A stretch of DNA of 43,527 nucleotides from Planctomycetaceae bacterium (GTDB lineage Bacteria > Planctomycetota > Planctomycetia > Pirellulales > UBA1268). The notes under the pieces are model-generated. The model saw only the letters and a program-made list of their open reading frames with translations, was not told the origin of the DNA and did not search any database. The position numbers and the translations under genes are program-made. Position 1 is the stretch's first letter. Each line of letters starts with the position of its first letter. The stretch spans positions 1 to 43,527 of the forward strand of contig JAIXPT010000440.1 in NCBI GenBank assembly GCA_027486095.1, read 5' to 3'. Below are positions 28,824 to 39,086 of this stretch, one piece after another.

Positions 28824-31800
28824 TCACGCCTTGCGGCGGCGGGCCATCCATGCACCGATTGCCCCGCCCACGCCGGCGAGGACGACCGCGCCCGGCTCGG
28901 GCACGACGACGAGCTGCATGACCTGGCCGCCATTCGCCGCCACGGTGGAGATCGTCACGCTCTTCGCGGGATCGTATTGCGTGAGCGTCTTGTAGTTCTG
29001 ACCGCCATACGAAAAGGTGCCGGCGGGATCCTGGACGAAGTAGGAGAACGCCGCACCCTGGATGCTCGCGAGAAAATCCACCTGGCCGGCCGTGAAGAAT
29101 CCACCGGTCACCGTCCCCGCTTCGGCGGCCGCCGATGTGAGGTAGAGGCTCACCGCATTCGCCGACGTGAGCGATGTCGTGAAGGGGGTGCCTCCCGTCA
29201 GCCAGAGCACGTCGTTGACGCTGTTTGTCGGGCTGCCGTAGGCCGGAGCCGTGCCGGTGAGCTCGAATGCGAACGCCATGCTGTTCAAGGGATCGACGCT
29301 CGTGGCCGTGAGGATTCCGGGCGAGTTGCCCGGCCCCACGAGGCCCGCACCGCTGATCGCGCCGACGCTGCCCGAGCCGGCGAGGATGGTGCCCGCCGCG
29401 GTCGCCACGCCGCCCGCAAGCGAGCCATTGACCACGAGCGAGCCGGCGTTCACGAGGGTCGAACCGGTGTAGGTGTTGGCCCCTGCAAGGGTGAGCGAGC
29501 CAGCGCCGTTTTTGGTGAGGCCGCCGGACGTGGCGTTGGCCCCGAGGATGCTGGTTCCGAGCGTCGCCGCGGTTGGATTCCCGAGTGCGGTGGCATCGCC
29601 GACGAGGGTGGCGGTGGGAGCCGAGGTGTAGCCGCGGCCTGGGTTGGTGATCGTGATGGCGGAGATCGTGCCGTTGGTGACCGTGGCGACGGCCGTGGCG
29701 CCAGTGCCGCCACCGCCGCTGAGCACGACGCCTGGTGCCTGCAGGTAGCCGCTGCCGGCGTTCGTGATCGGAACGCTCGTCACGCCATTGCCGCCCGCGG
29801 CGAGAATGGCGGCTGAGATGGTCACGGCATTGCCGTTGGTGTCGATCGTGGTGGTGCTTCCGGAGTTGACGAAGACCTGCAGCGTGCTCGGCAAGGTGAC
29901 GGCGCCCTGGGCCTGCAGCGTGCCGCCGTTCAAGTTCACGGTGTTCGCGCCGGAGCCGGCGACGTTGTTGGTGAGCGACGACAAGGCCAAGGTTCCGCCA
30001 TTGAGGTTCACGACCGCCGCATTGGCGCCGGTGCTCGTCATGGTGACGGCCCCGACACCGAGCACGCCGCCCGAGACATTCACCGCGGCGAGTTGTTGGG
30101 CCGAATAGCCTCCGATCGCGAGCGAGCCAAACTGGCTCGACCCGGATGTCTGGTTCACGATCGTGTAGGCGTTGTTCTTGGTGCCGACAAACAGCCCGCC
30201 TGACGATTGCGTGGCTGTGCCGGAAACGTTGAGCGTGGCCAGCGTGCGGGCGGCCCCGAAGTCGCCGAGGTTGAGGTCGCCCGCTACGAGCAGGGAGCCC
30301 CTGGCCGTCAGGGTGGCGTCTTCCACGTTGTTCCAGCCCCCGGCAAAATTCAGCACCCCGCCCGACTCCACGAGCACCGTGCCGCCGCCCGTGCTGAGCG
30401 TGGCCCCACCGCCGGCGTTGGTGAAGCCGGCGCTGCCGGTGATCGCGACCGTGCCGGCACCAGGGGCCGTGAAGAGCTTGCCGGTGTTCGCGAAGGTGCC
30501 GGAAAGCGTGAGGGTGCCGGCACCAAGCTTCGTGACGCTGCCTGCGCCGGAGATGGCCCCGGCATAGGTCGAATCATTGGAGCGGTTGAAGACGAGCGCG
30601 GCATTGTTGACGACATTGCCGACGAGGGCCCCGGATGAGCCGCCATTGCCCACCGAAACGGTGCCGGTGGAGATCGTCGTGGCGCCCAGATACGTGTTGT
30701 TGCCCGTAAGCGTGAGCGAGCCGGCGCCGCTCTTGGTGAGGCTGCCGGTACCGCTATCGAGTAGCGCCTGGGCGATCGTGATCGTGTTGCCATTGGTGTC
30801 GATGAGGGCGCCGCCTGCCTTCACGTTGGCGGCGGTGAGCCCCTGCAAGAACGTGGCGTTCGACGAGAGGGCGACGAGCGTGCCGCCGTTGAAGTTGAAG
30901 GTCGAAGACGCAGACCCGGTGCCGGTCGTATCAATCTGCTGCGTGCGGAGTGTGCCACCGTCGAGGTTCACGACGCCCGTGCCCTGGCCGTTCAGTGCAA
31001 TGATGCGCAGAACGTTGCCAGACGACGTGCCGGTGTCGATCAAACCATTGCCGGATACTGTCAGGGTGCCGTTGCTCCCGGGATCCGCACCGACCTGGAT
31101 CACGGAGTTGCTGTTCGTGAGGCGAAACGTGCCGGACGAGATCGTCATCTGGCCGGTGGACCCTGCGAGCCGGCCAATCGTCGGCAGCGCGGCGGCGTTA
31201 CTGAACGTCACCAAGCCGCCCGATTGATTGAGCGTGCCGCTTCCGCTCACTCCGATGCGGAAGAAGCCCCCCGACACGGCCACGGTGCCACCCGTAATGA
31301 ACACGGTGCCGGCACTGCCGGCGGGGTCACCGACGATGAGATTCGACGTCAGGGCTCCATTGCCGCCGAGCACGAGTGCTCCGCCGTTCACCGTCGTGGC
31401 CCCCGTGTAGGTGTTGTTGCCCGTGAGCGTGAGCGTGCCCGAGCTCAGCTTCGTGAGGCCGCCGACGTTGGTGTTGTCGATCGGGCCGGCAAGCGACACA
31501 TTCTGCCCGTTGGTGTCGAGGGCAATCGCAGCCGCGCTGTTCTTGAACCGGCTCGCCCAGTCCTGGCCGGCGCTGGCAGCGGTGTATTGCAACGTGCCGC
31601 CCGCAAGCGTGATGCTGCCGCCGGCCCCGAGGGCATTCGACTGACTGGCCGAAAGCACCCCACCCGAGATTGTCGTCGTGCCTGTATAGGTGTTGCTCGC
31701 AGAGAGCGTGAGCGTGCCGGCGCCAAGTTTGGTCAGGCCACCACCCCCGCCACCATCGAGGAGCCGCTGGGCGATCGTGATCGGGTTGCCATTGGTGTCG

Positions 31801-32879
31801 ATCCGGGCCCCGCCGGCCCGCACGTTGGCAGCGGTGAGCCCCTGCAAGTAGCTGGCGTTCGACGTGAGGGCCACGAGCGTGCCGCCGTTGAAGTTGAACG
31901 TCGAAGAAGCGGCCCCGGTGCCGGTGGTGTCGATCTGCCGCGTGCGGATGATGCCGCCGTCGAGATTCACGACACCCGTCCCTTGAGCAATCTGAGCGAC
32001 GATTCGTAATGTGGTGCCGGACGACGTGCCGGTGTCCACGAGCCCGTTGCCAGACACGGTCAACGAGCCACTGCCCGCTGCTCCAATCTGGAGTACCGAG
32101 TTGCTGCCCGTAAGCTGGAAGGTGCCGGAGGAGATCGTCATCGAGCTGGTCGATGTCAAGAAACGGCCGACCGTCGGCAGGACGCCAGGAGCAGTGAGCG
32201 TGATAAGACCGCCCGACTGGTTCAGGGTGCCGTTGCCGTCGGAGCCGACGCGGAAGAAGCCGCCGACATGCTCGATTGTGCCGCTTTGCATGAGCACCGT
32301 ACCGTTCGCATTGGCCAGATTACCTACATAAAAATTTCCATTCGTGGTGAGCCGGGCACTGTCCTTGACCACGAGCGTCGCACTATCGCCCGCCGATGAA
32401 GCAATCGCCGTGAAGCCCGCGCCTGTCGCCGCCACCACGCCGTTGCCAGCGAGTGTCGTCGTGCCACCGCGCAGCGTGGTCGTGCCGGTGAAGGCATTGG
32501 AGTTGGAGAGCGTGAGGGCTCCTGCGCCGATCTTCGTGAGGTTGAGCGTGCCCGAGAGGCCGCCTGCACCGGAGAAGGAATAATTCTTCGTGGCGTTGTT
32601 GATCGTCACCGTGCCGGCAGGGGAGACGGCGGCGGCCGTGGTGATGCCCGTGGTGCCCGTGGCCGTGTCGTCGAACGTCACCGTGGCGCCGTTCGAGAAC
32701 AAGCTCGCCGTGCCCGCCCAGTTGGCCGTCGTCGTATCCCAGGCGCCATTCGTGGCGCCCGACCACGTCAGCGTTTGTGCCGGCGCATAGTTCGTGAGCG
32801 CGAGTAGCGCGACCACGGCGAGCCACGAGCGACCACGCATGCGCGGCCACGGCGTCCCTGCGATCAGCATCCGAGACAT
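28824..32879 (-). CDS. Autotransporter-associated beta-strand repeat protein with PEP-CTERM sorting signal
   Basis: Signal peptide; many LTKxGxGTLTLxxxNTYTGxT repeats; PGNSPGILT; C-terminal VVVPEPG + TM + RRRK. No beta-barrel domain. Confidence 0.92.
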   Translation of the reverse strand: MSRMLIAGTPWPRMRGRSWLAVVALLALTNYAPAQTLTWSGATNGAWDTTTANWAGTASLFSNGATVTFDDTATGTTGITTAAAVSPAGTVTINNATKNYSFSGAGGLSGTLNLTKIGAGALTLSNSNAFTGTTTLRGGTTTLAGNGVVAATGAGFTAIASSAGDSATLVVKDSARLTTNGNFYVGNLANANGTVLMQSGTIEHVGGFFRVGSDGNGTLNQSGGLITLTAPGVLPTVGRFLTSTSSMTISSGTFQLTGSNSVLQIGAAGSGSLTVSGNGLVDTGTSSGTTLRIVAQIAQGTGVVNLDGGIIRTRQIDTTGTGAASSTFNFNGGTLVALTSNASYLQGLTAANVRAGGARIDTNGNPITIAQRLLDGGGGGGLTKLGAGTLTLSASNTYTGTTTISGGVLSASQSNALGAGGSITLAGGTLQYTAASAGQDWASRFKNSAAAIALDTNGQNVSLAGPIDNTNVGGLTKLSSGTLTLTGNNTYTGATTVNGGALVLGGNGALTSNLIVGDPAGSAGTVFITGGTVAVSGGFFRIGVSGSGTLNQSGGLVTFSNAAALPTIGRLAGSTGQMTISSGTFRLTNSNSVIQVGADPGSNGTLTVSGNGLIDTGTSSGNVLRIIALNGQGTGVVNLDGGTLRTQQIDTTGTGSASSTFNFNGGTLVALSSNATFLQGLTAANVKAGGALIDTNGNTITIAQALLDSGTGSLTKSGAGSLTLTGNNTYLGATTISTGTVSVGNGGSSGALVGNVVNNAALVFNRSNDSTYAGAISGAGSVTKLGAGTLTLSGTFANTGKLFTAPGAGTVAITGSAGFTNAGGGATLSTGGGTVLVESGGVLNFAGGWNNVEDATLTARGSLLVAGDLNLGDFGAARTLATLNVSGTATQSSGGLFVGTKNNAYTIVNQTSGSSQFGSLAIGGYSAQQLAAVNVSGGVLGVGAVTMTSTGANAAVVNLNGGTLALSSLTNNVAGSGANTVNLNGGTLQAQGAVTLPSTLQVFVNSGSTTTIDTNGNAVTISAAILAAGGNGVTSVPITNAGSGYLQAPGVVLSGGGGTGATAVATVTNGTISAITITNPGRGYTSAPTATLVGDATALGNPTAATLGTSILGANATSGGLTKNGAGSLTLAGANTYTGSTLVNAGSLVVNGSLAGGVATAAGTILAGSGSVGAISGAGLVGPGNSPGILTATSVDPLNSMAFAFELTGTAPAYGSPTNSVNDVLWLTGGTPFTTSLTSANAVSLYLTSAAAEAGTVTGGFFTAGQVDFLASIQGAAFSYFVQDPAGTFSYGGQNYKTLTQYDPAKSVTISTVAANGGQVMQLVVVPEPGAVVLAGVGGAIGAWMARRRKA

Positions 32880-32950
32880 GATGATTTCCCCGAGCGACAA
32901 TGATTTCGTTGAAATTCCACCCCGAACTAGCCCCAGCGAAGCATCCGCAA

Positions 32951-32979
32951 GTATTACTGCACTTCAAAACTGTATGCAA
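32951..32979 (-). promoter_or_regulatory. Candidate internal promoter with GntR-type box
   Basis: CTGTATGCAA (32970-32979) matches the reverse complement of the 8689 box at 9/10 positions; minus strand TTGCAT-17bp-TAATAC. Confidence 0.5.
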
Positions 32980-32987
32980 CCAATATT

Positions 32988-35900
32988 TCAGGGTCGCAAG
33001 GATTGCGAAGAGAGCCCGACCGCAAACGTGTTCCGGCGATTGGACTTACGGCTGAAAAAGCGGCGGATTTCAGCGGCCAGATGGCCCGCCCCGAGCGCAC
33101 TCAGCACGAGGGCCCAGGCTCCCGGCTCGGGCACGACGATCACTGAGAGGCTGTTGCCACTGACCTGAAAGGTTCCCTCCAGGCCGGCGGCGAGATTCGT
33201 GGCGGTGAAATCGAGGGCCGCAAAATCGGTCGTGCCGCTCCAGGTCGCGAGCGTATAGATGGAGGGCGCACCGCCGCTCCAGCTGCCTCTGCCGCCGAAG
33301 TCGAAACGATACGCCCCGGCCGCGCCCTTGCGGAAGTCGCCGAGGATCGACACGAGATCGGCGGCCGTCGCGCCGGCGGCGAGATCGAAGAGGGCGACGG
33401 CGCCGCCGTTCCATGTGAGCGAGCCCGTCGTGAGCGTGCCGATGCCCGCGCCCGGGGCGAGCGTGCCCGAGAGCACGACCGAGCCGAGCGTGCCCGTGCC
33501 GCTGAGCACGCCGCCCACCGTGACCGGCGCCGAGGCGTTGATCGCTCCCTGCACGCGCAGTTCGGCACCGGCCGCCACGCTTACCGCCGATGTCGCCGCC
33601 AGCCTGCCGCCCGCAGCCACTTCGAGCATGCCCGCCTGCACGGCGGTGCTCCCCGAAAACGTATTCGAGCCCGAGAAGATCTGGTTGCCGAGGCCTGCTT
33701 TCACGAGCGATAAGGAGCCGCCTGCGGACGCACCGTCGCGCATGAGGCCGCTGAACGCTTGCGTGCCGGAGACATTCAGCGTGAGCACGCTGTTGGATCC
33801 CGCGGCGGCCTCGTTGGCCACCAGGCCGTGGCCGACGCCGGCGCTCGCGAGCCCGCCGATCGTTTCGTTTTGACCGTTGAGTTGAAACCAGCCCCGCTGG
33901 TTTGCCGCCGTGCCGCTGAGCGTGATCACGCTCGTGTCGGCGATCTGATTGCCTGCGGCCAGCCGCAGGATGTCGGCCCCGCTGCCGTCGCCGAGCTGGA
34001 TGTTCCCGCCGATGGCCTGCACGCCGGCCGTCTTCGCGAGCACGAGCGTGCCGCCCGTGATCGTAGTGACACCGCTGAAGGTGTTGGCGGCCGTGCCGGC
34101 GAGCGTGAGCGCGGTGGCGCCGGATTTCGTGAATCCGACCGAACCCGTGCCGTTGGCGAGGATCCCGGCATAGGTGCCCGACTGGCTGGACGAGGCCGTG
34201 AGCACGACGGCCCCGGAGCCGCTCGTCGTGATCGTGCCGGCCGTGCCGGTGAGCGATCCCACGAGCGGATTCGAGCCCGCGAGATCGAGCGTGCCGCCGT
34301 CGAGGACGAGGCCGCCGCTGCCGAGCGCGTTGCGATGGCCGACGCGCAGCGTGCCATAGCGGCCTATGGTCACACTCCCGGCATACGCGTGATTATCTCC
34401 CGCGAGCACGATCGCCCCTCCGTCTCCCACGGTGGTCGCCACCTGCGTGTTGGCGACCTCGGTGTTGTAGGAAGACCCGGTCGTGAGCGTCGTGAGAGAT
34501 CGAGTCGTAAAGGATCCCACGATCGAAAGCGCACCGCTGCCGCTCAACGCGCCGCTCACGGTGAGATCGCTCGCCGAGACGTTGCCCCAGGTCTGGTCGG
34601 CGGCGAGGGCTATCTTGGCGTTGACAGAGTGAGCGCCGGAGCCCTGCTGCACCGTGATGCCACCGCTGCCGATCGTGAGCGTGGCGGTGCCGCCGACCGA
34701 TACGCCGCCGGATGCCCCGGCGGTGAAATTCAGACCACGGATCGCCGTGTCGGCGTCGAGCGTCGTGACGACGGTGCCGGACGCATGGAAGAACACATCG
34801 GCGAGCATGAGCTTCACGGCGCCCGAGGGAGTGATGAACTGTGTCGCAGACGTTGCACCCAGCGTGGCCTGCCGGTCGAATCGGCCCGCCCGGTCGAGCG
34901 ACCAATTCGTGTTCGTGCCGCCGGTGACCGTGCCCCAGTTGCCGTTCACGTCGCCAGACCAATAGGCCGCGCCAAAGGTGATCGAGCGCTGGATGCCGTC
35001 GGCCATGGCGTTGTAGCCGGCCTGCGTCGGATGCACGCCGTCGCTCGCCAACACGGGGGTGCCGTCGTCGCCCGGGGTGAACAGGCTGTGTAAGTCGAGA
35101 AACCGCACGTCCTCGCCGGCGAGCACATGGCTGTAGACCACGTCTTCGACGTAGGGATTGAAATAGGTGTTGACGTGCGTGGAGACGTCGGAGCGATACA
35201 TGAGCGTGGTCGCGATCACCGCCGCATTCGGGCGGAGCGACCGGATTTCGGAGAGGATCGCGTCGTAGCGGTCGATCGGCCCCGAATTGCGGAAGTGGGT
35301 TTGTTGGAAGTCGTTGCCGCCGACGTTGAGCGGCACGTAGTCGGGGCTGTTGACGCCGGCGGTGTTGGAATTGGTGCCCGAGAGCCAAAACCCGCCGTTG
35401 TTGGATGCATTGCCGTCGTTGTGGTCGAGGTTCCAGAGAATCTGGGAGGTGGTGTAGCCCGAACGCCCCTCGTGCCGCGTCTGCCCGGCGTAATCCAGCA
35501 CGCTCGGGCCAGTCGCGGCAAACGCATGGCTCGTGGTAGCGCTGCCCACGAAGTTCGGCACGAACCGGCTGTCGTTCGCCAGGCTCTGGTAGAGCTGCGC
35601 GCGATAGCCGCCGCCGTTGTAGGACGCGATCACCTGGCCGTTTTTGGCGGTGCCTGAGGCACTGAGCCCGGCGGTGATCGAGGCCCCGAGGGGCATGATG
35701 GAGATGGTCGCGGCGGCGTCGGCGGCCCGCACGACGAGGGTTTCGGCGGTGCTCGAGTTGACGAGCCTGAGATCGAGAAACCCCGTGCCGCTCTTGGTGA
35801 TCATCCGCGTGGCCGGCACGGAGAGCGGCTGAGAGCCCTGGAACACGAACGTGCCGGTGAGCCCGCCGCCAGCCGAGGTGATCAGGGCGTAGGTGCCGGA

Positions 35901-37370
35901 GGTCGTCGCCGCCACCTCCACATAGTTTGTCCCGCTGATCACGGCTGAGGCGGCAGAGAGCGTGTTGCGGGCGGAGTTTCCGTCGAAACCGGTGAGCACC
36001 GCATTGGAGAGCGTGAGCCGGCCGGCCGACGGGGCGAAGCCGTTGAGATCGAGCGTGGCACCGGCATTGACGGTGAGGCCGCCGCCCGACCAGCCGAGGG
36101 CGCTTGCGTGCCCGAGGCCGAGCGTGCCCGTATCGATGGTGGTGCCGCCGCGATAGGTGCTCGAGCCCGAGAGCGTGAGCGTGCCGGCCCCGAGTTTGCG
36201 CAGGCTTCCGGAGCCCGAATCGAGGAGATTTTGGGCGATGGTGATGTCGAAGCCATTGGTGTTCACGAGGGCGCCGCCCGCCTTCACGTTGGCGGCAGTG
36301 AGCCCCTGCATGAACGACGTGGTCGATGAGAGGGCGACGAGGGTGCCGCCGTTGAAGTTGAACGTGGAGGTGGCCGCGACGCTGCCGCTCGCGAGCACGC
36401 GCCGCGTGCGGAGCGTGCCGCCGTCGAGATTCAGCGTGCCTGTTCCGGTGGTCTGCCCACCACCTTGGACGACGTTGAACCACAGCCCGCCGCCGGAGCC
36501 CGTGCCGGTCTCCACCACGCCGTTCCCGGAAATGGTGAGCGTTCCATTGCCTGCTCCAGCCAACTGTAGGTAGTCATTCGCGGTGGTGCCGGTGAGCCGG
36601 AACGTGCCCGAGGAAACCGCCAGCTGGCCGACGCTCCCCGCATTTCGGCCGATCGTAGGCAGCGTGTTACCGATGTTCGTGAGCCCGCCGGTCTGGTTCC
36701 AGATGCCGGTGCCGGAGGAGCCGATCCGGAAAAATGCCGAGGCGTTGCCATTGGGCGTCGAGGTGAACGTGCCGCCCTGCATGAGCACCGTGCCCGTCGC
36801 GTTGGCAGCATCGCCGAGATACACGATGCTGGTGGTGAACGCGGCATTGTCCTTGATCACGAGCGTGGCGGCATCGCCGGCGGTCGTGCCGACATTGAAC
36901 GAGCGACTGCTCGGAGACGGCGTCGTCGCGGTCACGATCGCATTGCCGGCGAGCGTCGTCGTGCCGCCGCGGAGCGTGAGCGTGCCGGTGAACGTGTTGG
37001 AGTTGGAGAAGGTGAGGGCGCCAACGCCGGTTTTCGTGAGGTTGAGCGTGCCCGAGAGGCCGCCTGCGCCGGAGAAGGAATAATCCTTCGTGGCGTTGTT
37101 GATCGTCATGGTGCCCGCGGGGGCGACGGCGGCGGCTGTCGTGATGCCCGTGGTGCCTGTCGCCGTGTCGTCGAACGTCACGGCGTCGCCGGCGGTGAAC
37201 ACGCTCGCGCCGCCAGCCCAGTTGGCCGTCGTCGTGTTCCAGGCGCCGTCCACCGTGCCGCGCCAGGTGACCGTGGCGGCGCGGCTAACGCCCGCCAGGG
37301 CTACGGCGGCCACCGCGCACAGGGCTCCCCGGGCACAGAAATTCACGGATTTGATCACCCACCACCGCAT
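32988..37370 (-). CDS. Autotransporter-associated beta-strand repeat protein with embedded SGNH/GDSL esterase domain and PEP-CTERM
   Basis: Beta-repeats flank IMPLGASIT / HEGRSG / GGND / DGVHP (~34980-35706); C-terminal IVVPEPG + TM + basic residues. Confidence 0.92.
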   Translation of the reverse strand: MRWWVIKSVNFCARGALCAVAAVALAGVSRAATVTWRGTVDGAWNTTTANWAGGASVFTAGDAVTFDDTATGTTGITTAAAVAPAGTMTINNATKDYSFSGAGGLSGTLNLTKTGVGALTFSNSNTFTGTLTLRGGTTTLAGNAIVTATTPSPSSRSFNVGTTAGDAATLVIKDNAAFTTSIVYLGDAANATGTVLMQGGTFTSTPNGNASAFFRIGSSGTGIWNQTGGLTNIGNTLPTIGRNAGSVGQLAVSSGTFRLTGTTANDYLQLAGAGNGTLTISGNGVVETGTGSGGGLWFNVVQGGGQTTGTGTLNLDGGTLRTRRVLASGSVAATSTFNFNGGTLVALSSTTSFMQGLTAANVKAGGALVNTNGFDITIAQNLLDSGSGSLRKLGAGTLTLSGSSTYRGGTTIDTGTLGLGHASALGWSGGGLTVNAGATLDLNGFAPSAGRLTLSNAVLTGFDGNSARNTLSAASAVISGTNYVEVAATTSGTYALITSAGGGLTGTFVFQGSQPLSVPATRMITKSGTGFLDLRLVNSSTAETLVVRAADAAATISIMPLGASITAGLSASGTAKNGQVIASYNGGGYRAQLYQSLANDSRFVPNFVGSATTSHAFAATGPSVLDYAGQTRHEGRSGYTTSQILWNLDHNDGNASNNGGFWLSGTNSNTAGVNSPDYVPLNVGGNDFQQTHFRNSGPIDRYDAILSEIRSLRPNAAVIATTLMYRSDVSTHVNTYFNPYVEDVVYSHVLAGEDVRFLDLHSLFTPGDDGTPVLASDGVHPTQAGYNAMADGIQRSITFGAAYWSGDVNGNWGTVTGGTNTNWSLDRAGRFDRQATLGATSATQFITPSGAVKLMLADVFFHASGTVVTTLDADTAIRGLNFTAGASGGVSVGGTATLTIGSGGITVQQGSGAHSVNAKIALAADQTWGNVSASDLTVSGALSGSGALSIVGSFTTRSLTTLTTGSSYNTEVANTQVATTVGDGGAIVLAGDNHAYAGSVTIGRYGTLRVGHRNALGSGGLVLDGGTLDLAGSNPLVGSLTGTAGTITTSGSGAVVLTASSSQSGTYAGILANGTGSVGFTKSGATALTLAGTAANTFSGVTTITGGTLVLAKTAGVQAIGGNIQLGDGSGADILRLAAGNQIADTSVITLSGTAANQRGWFQLNGQNETIGGLASAGVGHGLVANEAAAGSNSVLTLNVSGTQAFSGLMRDGASAGGSLSLVKAGLGNQIFSGSNTFSGSTAVQAGMLEVAAGGRLAATSAVSVAAGAELRVQGAINASAPVTVGGVLSGTGTLGSVVLSGTLAPGAGIGTLTTGSLTWNGGAVALFDLAAGATAADLVSILGDFRKGAAGAYRFDFGGRGSWSGGAPSIYTLATWSGTTDFAALDFTATNLAAGLEGTFQVSGNSLSVIVVPEPGAWALVLSALGAGHLAAEIRRFFSRKSNRRNTFAVGLSSQSLRP

Positions 37371-37378
37371 AATTTAGG

Positions 37379-37410
37379 ATAGTATACAAATCCGTAACTA
37401 GTGTCTACAG
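37379..37410. promoter_or_regulatory. Tandem GntR-type operator pair over a divergent promoter
   Basis: TAGTATACAA (37380-37389) and GTGTCTACAG (37401-37410), 21 bp apart; minus strand TAGACA-17bp-TACTAT ends 8 nt before the ATG at 37370. Confidence 0.6.
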
Positions 37411-37447
37411 AGTGGCAAGCGGCGGATTTTTCAGGAGCGTTTCATCA

Positions 37448-38260
37448 ATGGTCGGATGGCGTCACACCGTAGTGCTCGCGGCACTTTCACTCGTGGGGGC
37501 GACGGCCGTCGGGGTCGAGCACCGCACGCTCACCGACATTCCCTACCGGGCGTCCGCCGACGGCTCCGACCGGGGGCCGGAGCGGTGCCGCCTCGACCTC
37601 CACCTGCCCGTCGATGCGAGCGGCTTTGCGACCGTGGTGTGGTTTCACGGCGGTGGGCTCACGAAGGGCAAGCGTGAGATTCCAAAATCGCTCCGCGGCC
37701 GGGGCTTCGCGGTGGTGGGCGCGGGCTATCGCCTGAGCCCGGGCGTCAAAGCACCCGTGTATATCGAGGATGCCGCCGCGGCGGTGGCTTGGACGTTTCG
37801 TTCGATCGCCGAGCATGGGGGAAGCCCGCGCCGCATCTACGTGAGCGGTCATTCCGCCGGTGCCTACCTGGCCGCGATGGTGGGGCTCGACACGAAGTGG
37901 TTGGCCGCCCATGGCATCGAAGCCAACGATCTGGCCGGAATCATCCCCTGCAGTGCGCAGTGCATCACGCACTTCACGGTGCGGGCCGAGCGCGGGATTC
38001 CCGACCGCCAGCCGGTGATCGATGAATTCGCCCCGCTCTTTCACGTGCGGCGGGATGCGCCGCCGCTGCTCTTGATCACCGGGGACCGCGACCGCGAAAT
38101 GCTCGGCCGCTATGAGGAAAACGCCTACCTGTGGCGCATGATGAAGCTCGCCGGGCACGAGCGCACTCGCCTGGTAGAACTCAACGGCGAGGATCACGGC
38201 AGCATGGCGGAAGCGGCCTTGCCGCTCGTCATCGATGCGGTGACAAACGCTCGGGAGTGA
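37448..38260 (+). CDS. Secreted alpha/beta hydrolase (carboxylesterase, BD-FAE-like)
   Basis: Signal peptide; WFHGGGL, YRLSP, SGHSAG, TGDRD, DHGSM. Confidence 0.92.
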   Translation: MVGWRHTVVLAALSLVGATAVGVEHRTLTDIPYRASADGSDRGPERCRLDLHLPVDASGFATVVWFHGGGLTKGKREIPKSLRGRGFAVVGAGYRLSPGVKAPVYIEDAAAAVAWTFRSIAEHGGSPRRIYVSGHSAGAYLAAMVGLDTKWLAAHGIEANDLAGIIPCSAQCITHFTVRAERGIPDRQPVIDEFAPLFHVRRDAPPLLLITGDRDREMLGRYEENAYLWRMMKLAGHERTRLVELNGEDHGSMAEAALPLVIDAVTNARE

Positions 38261-38288
38261 GAGTTCCGAGCCAAGCCCCCTTGTGCCG

Positions 38289-39059
38289 TTACACCAGCCA
38301 GCGAATCACGGCGATCACGAGCGATGGCCCTGTCAGGCAGCCGAGGCCTGTGTAGAAAGTCGCCGTGAGAGCACCGTAGGGAACGAGCTTCGGGTCGGTG
38401 GCGGCAAGGCCTGCCACCACGCCGCTGGTCGTTCCCAAGAGCCCTCCGAATACCATGGCCGCCTCGGGGCGATCGAGGCCGATCCAGCGGGCCACGCACG
38501 GCGTGAGCACCATCACCATGATCGCCTTGACGAGCCCGGCGGCGACGGAGAGCGCGATCACGTCGCTGCTGGCGCCGAGCGCCGAGCCTGTCACGGGGCC
38601 CACGATGTAGGTGGCCGCCCCACCCCCGATCGTGGCCAGGTCGACAGGATCTCGATACCCGCAGGCATACGCGACGATGCCACCGACCGCGAAGCCGCCG
38701 CCGACACCGATGGCAAGGGCGAGCATGCCGCGGAGGCCTGAGCGGAGCAGCTCCTCGATCCGGGCGGAAAACGCCGTGGAAACGATGGCGAAATCCCGTA
38801 GCGCGGCGCCTCCAAGCACAGCCAAGCCCCCGCAGCCGTCGATGTCGGCAAGCCCGCGCTTGCCTCCGGTGATCCAGCCGGCGAGCGCAGCCAGTGCCAG
38901 ACCGATGGAAATCGCGATCGCCGAGGCGTGAATGCGACCACCCGTGAGCCTGCGGGAGGCGACTTCCGCCACGGCCAGGATGACCCCCACGACAAGCACG
39001 CCCGACAGAAGGGACTCCGCCCCGAGCAGGTTTACGAAACGGTCGAGAATGACTTGCAT
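38289..39059 (-). CDS. madM: Malonate transporter subunit MadM
   Basis: LTGGRIHASAIAI, GGAALRDFAIVSTAF, TYIVGPVTG, VKAIMVM, FGGLLGTTSGV.AGLAATDPKLVPYGALTATFYTGLGCL. Confidence 0.93.
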   Translation of the reverse strand: MQVILDRFVNLLGAESLLSGVLVVGVILAVAEVASRRLTGGRIHASAIAISIGLALAALAGWITGGKRGLADIDGCGGLAVLGGAALRDFAIVSTAFSARIEELLRSGLRGMLALAIGVGGGFAVGGIVAYACGYRDPVDLATIGGGAATYIVGPVTGSALGASSDVIALSVAAGLVKAIMVMVLTPCVARWIGLDRPEAAMVFGGLLGTTSGVVAGLAATDPKLVPYGALTATFYTGLGCLTGPSLVIAVIRWLV

Positions 39060-39086
39060 GCCATGACCACGGTGCATGAGAAAACG

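Noticed and set aside
35670-35700. GASIT instead of GDSIT in the SGNH domain as a sign of inactivity
   Set aside because: Ser, Asn and DxxH are all retained, and this variant occurs in other SGNH proteins as I recall.
34393-36483. 696-aa alternative-frame ORF inside the SGNH/PEP-CTERM gene
   Set aside because: Arg/His-rich off-frame reading caused by GC3 codon bias; no protein features.
28824-37370. Repeats read as a CRISPR array, DGR template/variable pair or true autotransporters
   Set aside because: The repeats are degenerate coding repeats with no spacers. No cas or reverse transcriptase gene is present, differences are not adenine-specific, and the proteins end in PEP-CTERM rather than a beta-barrel.
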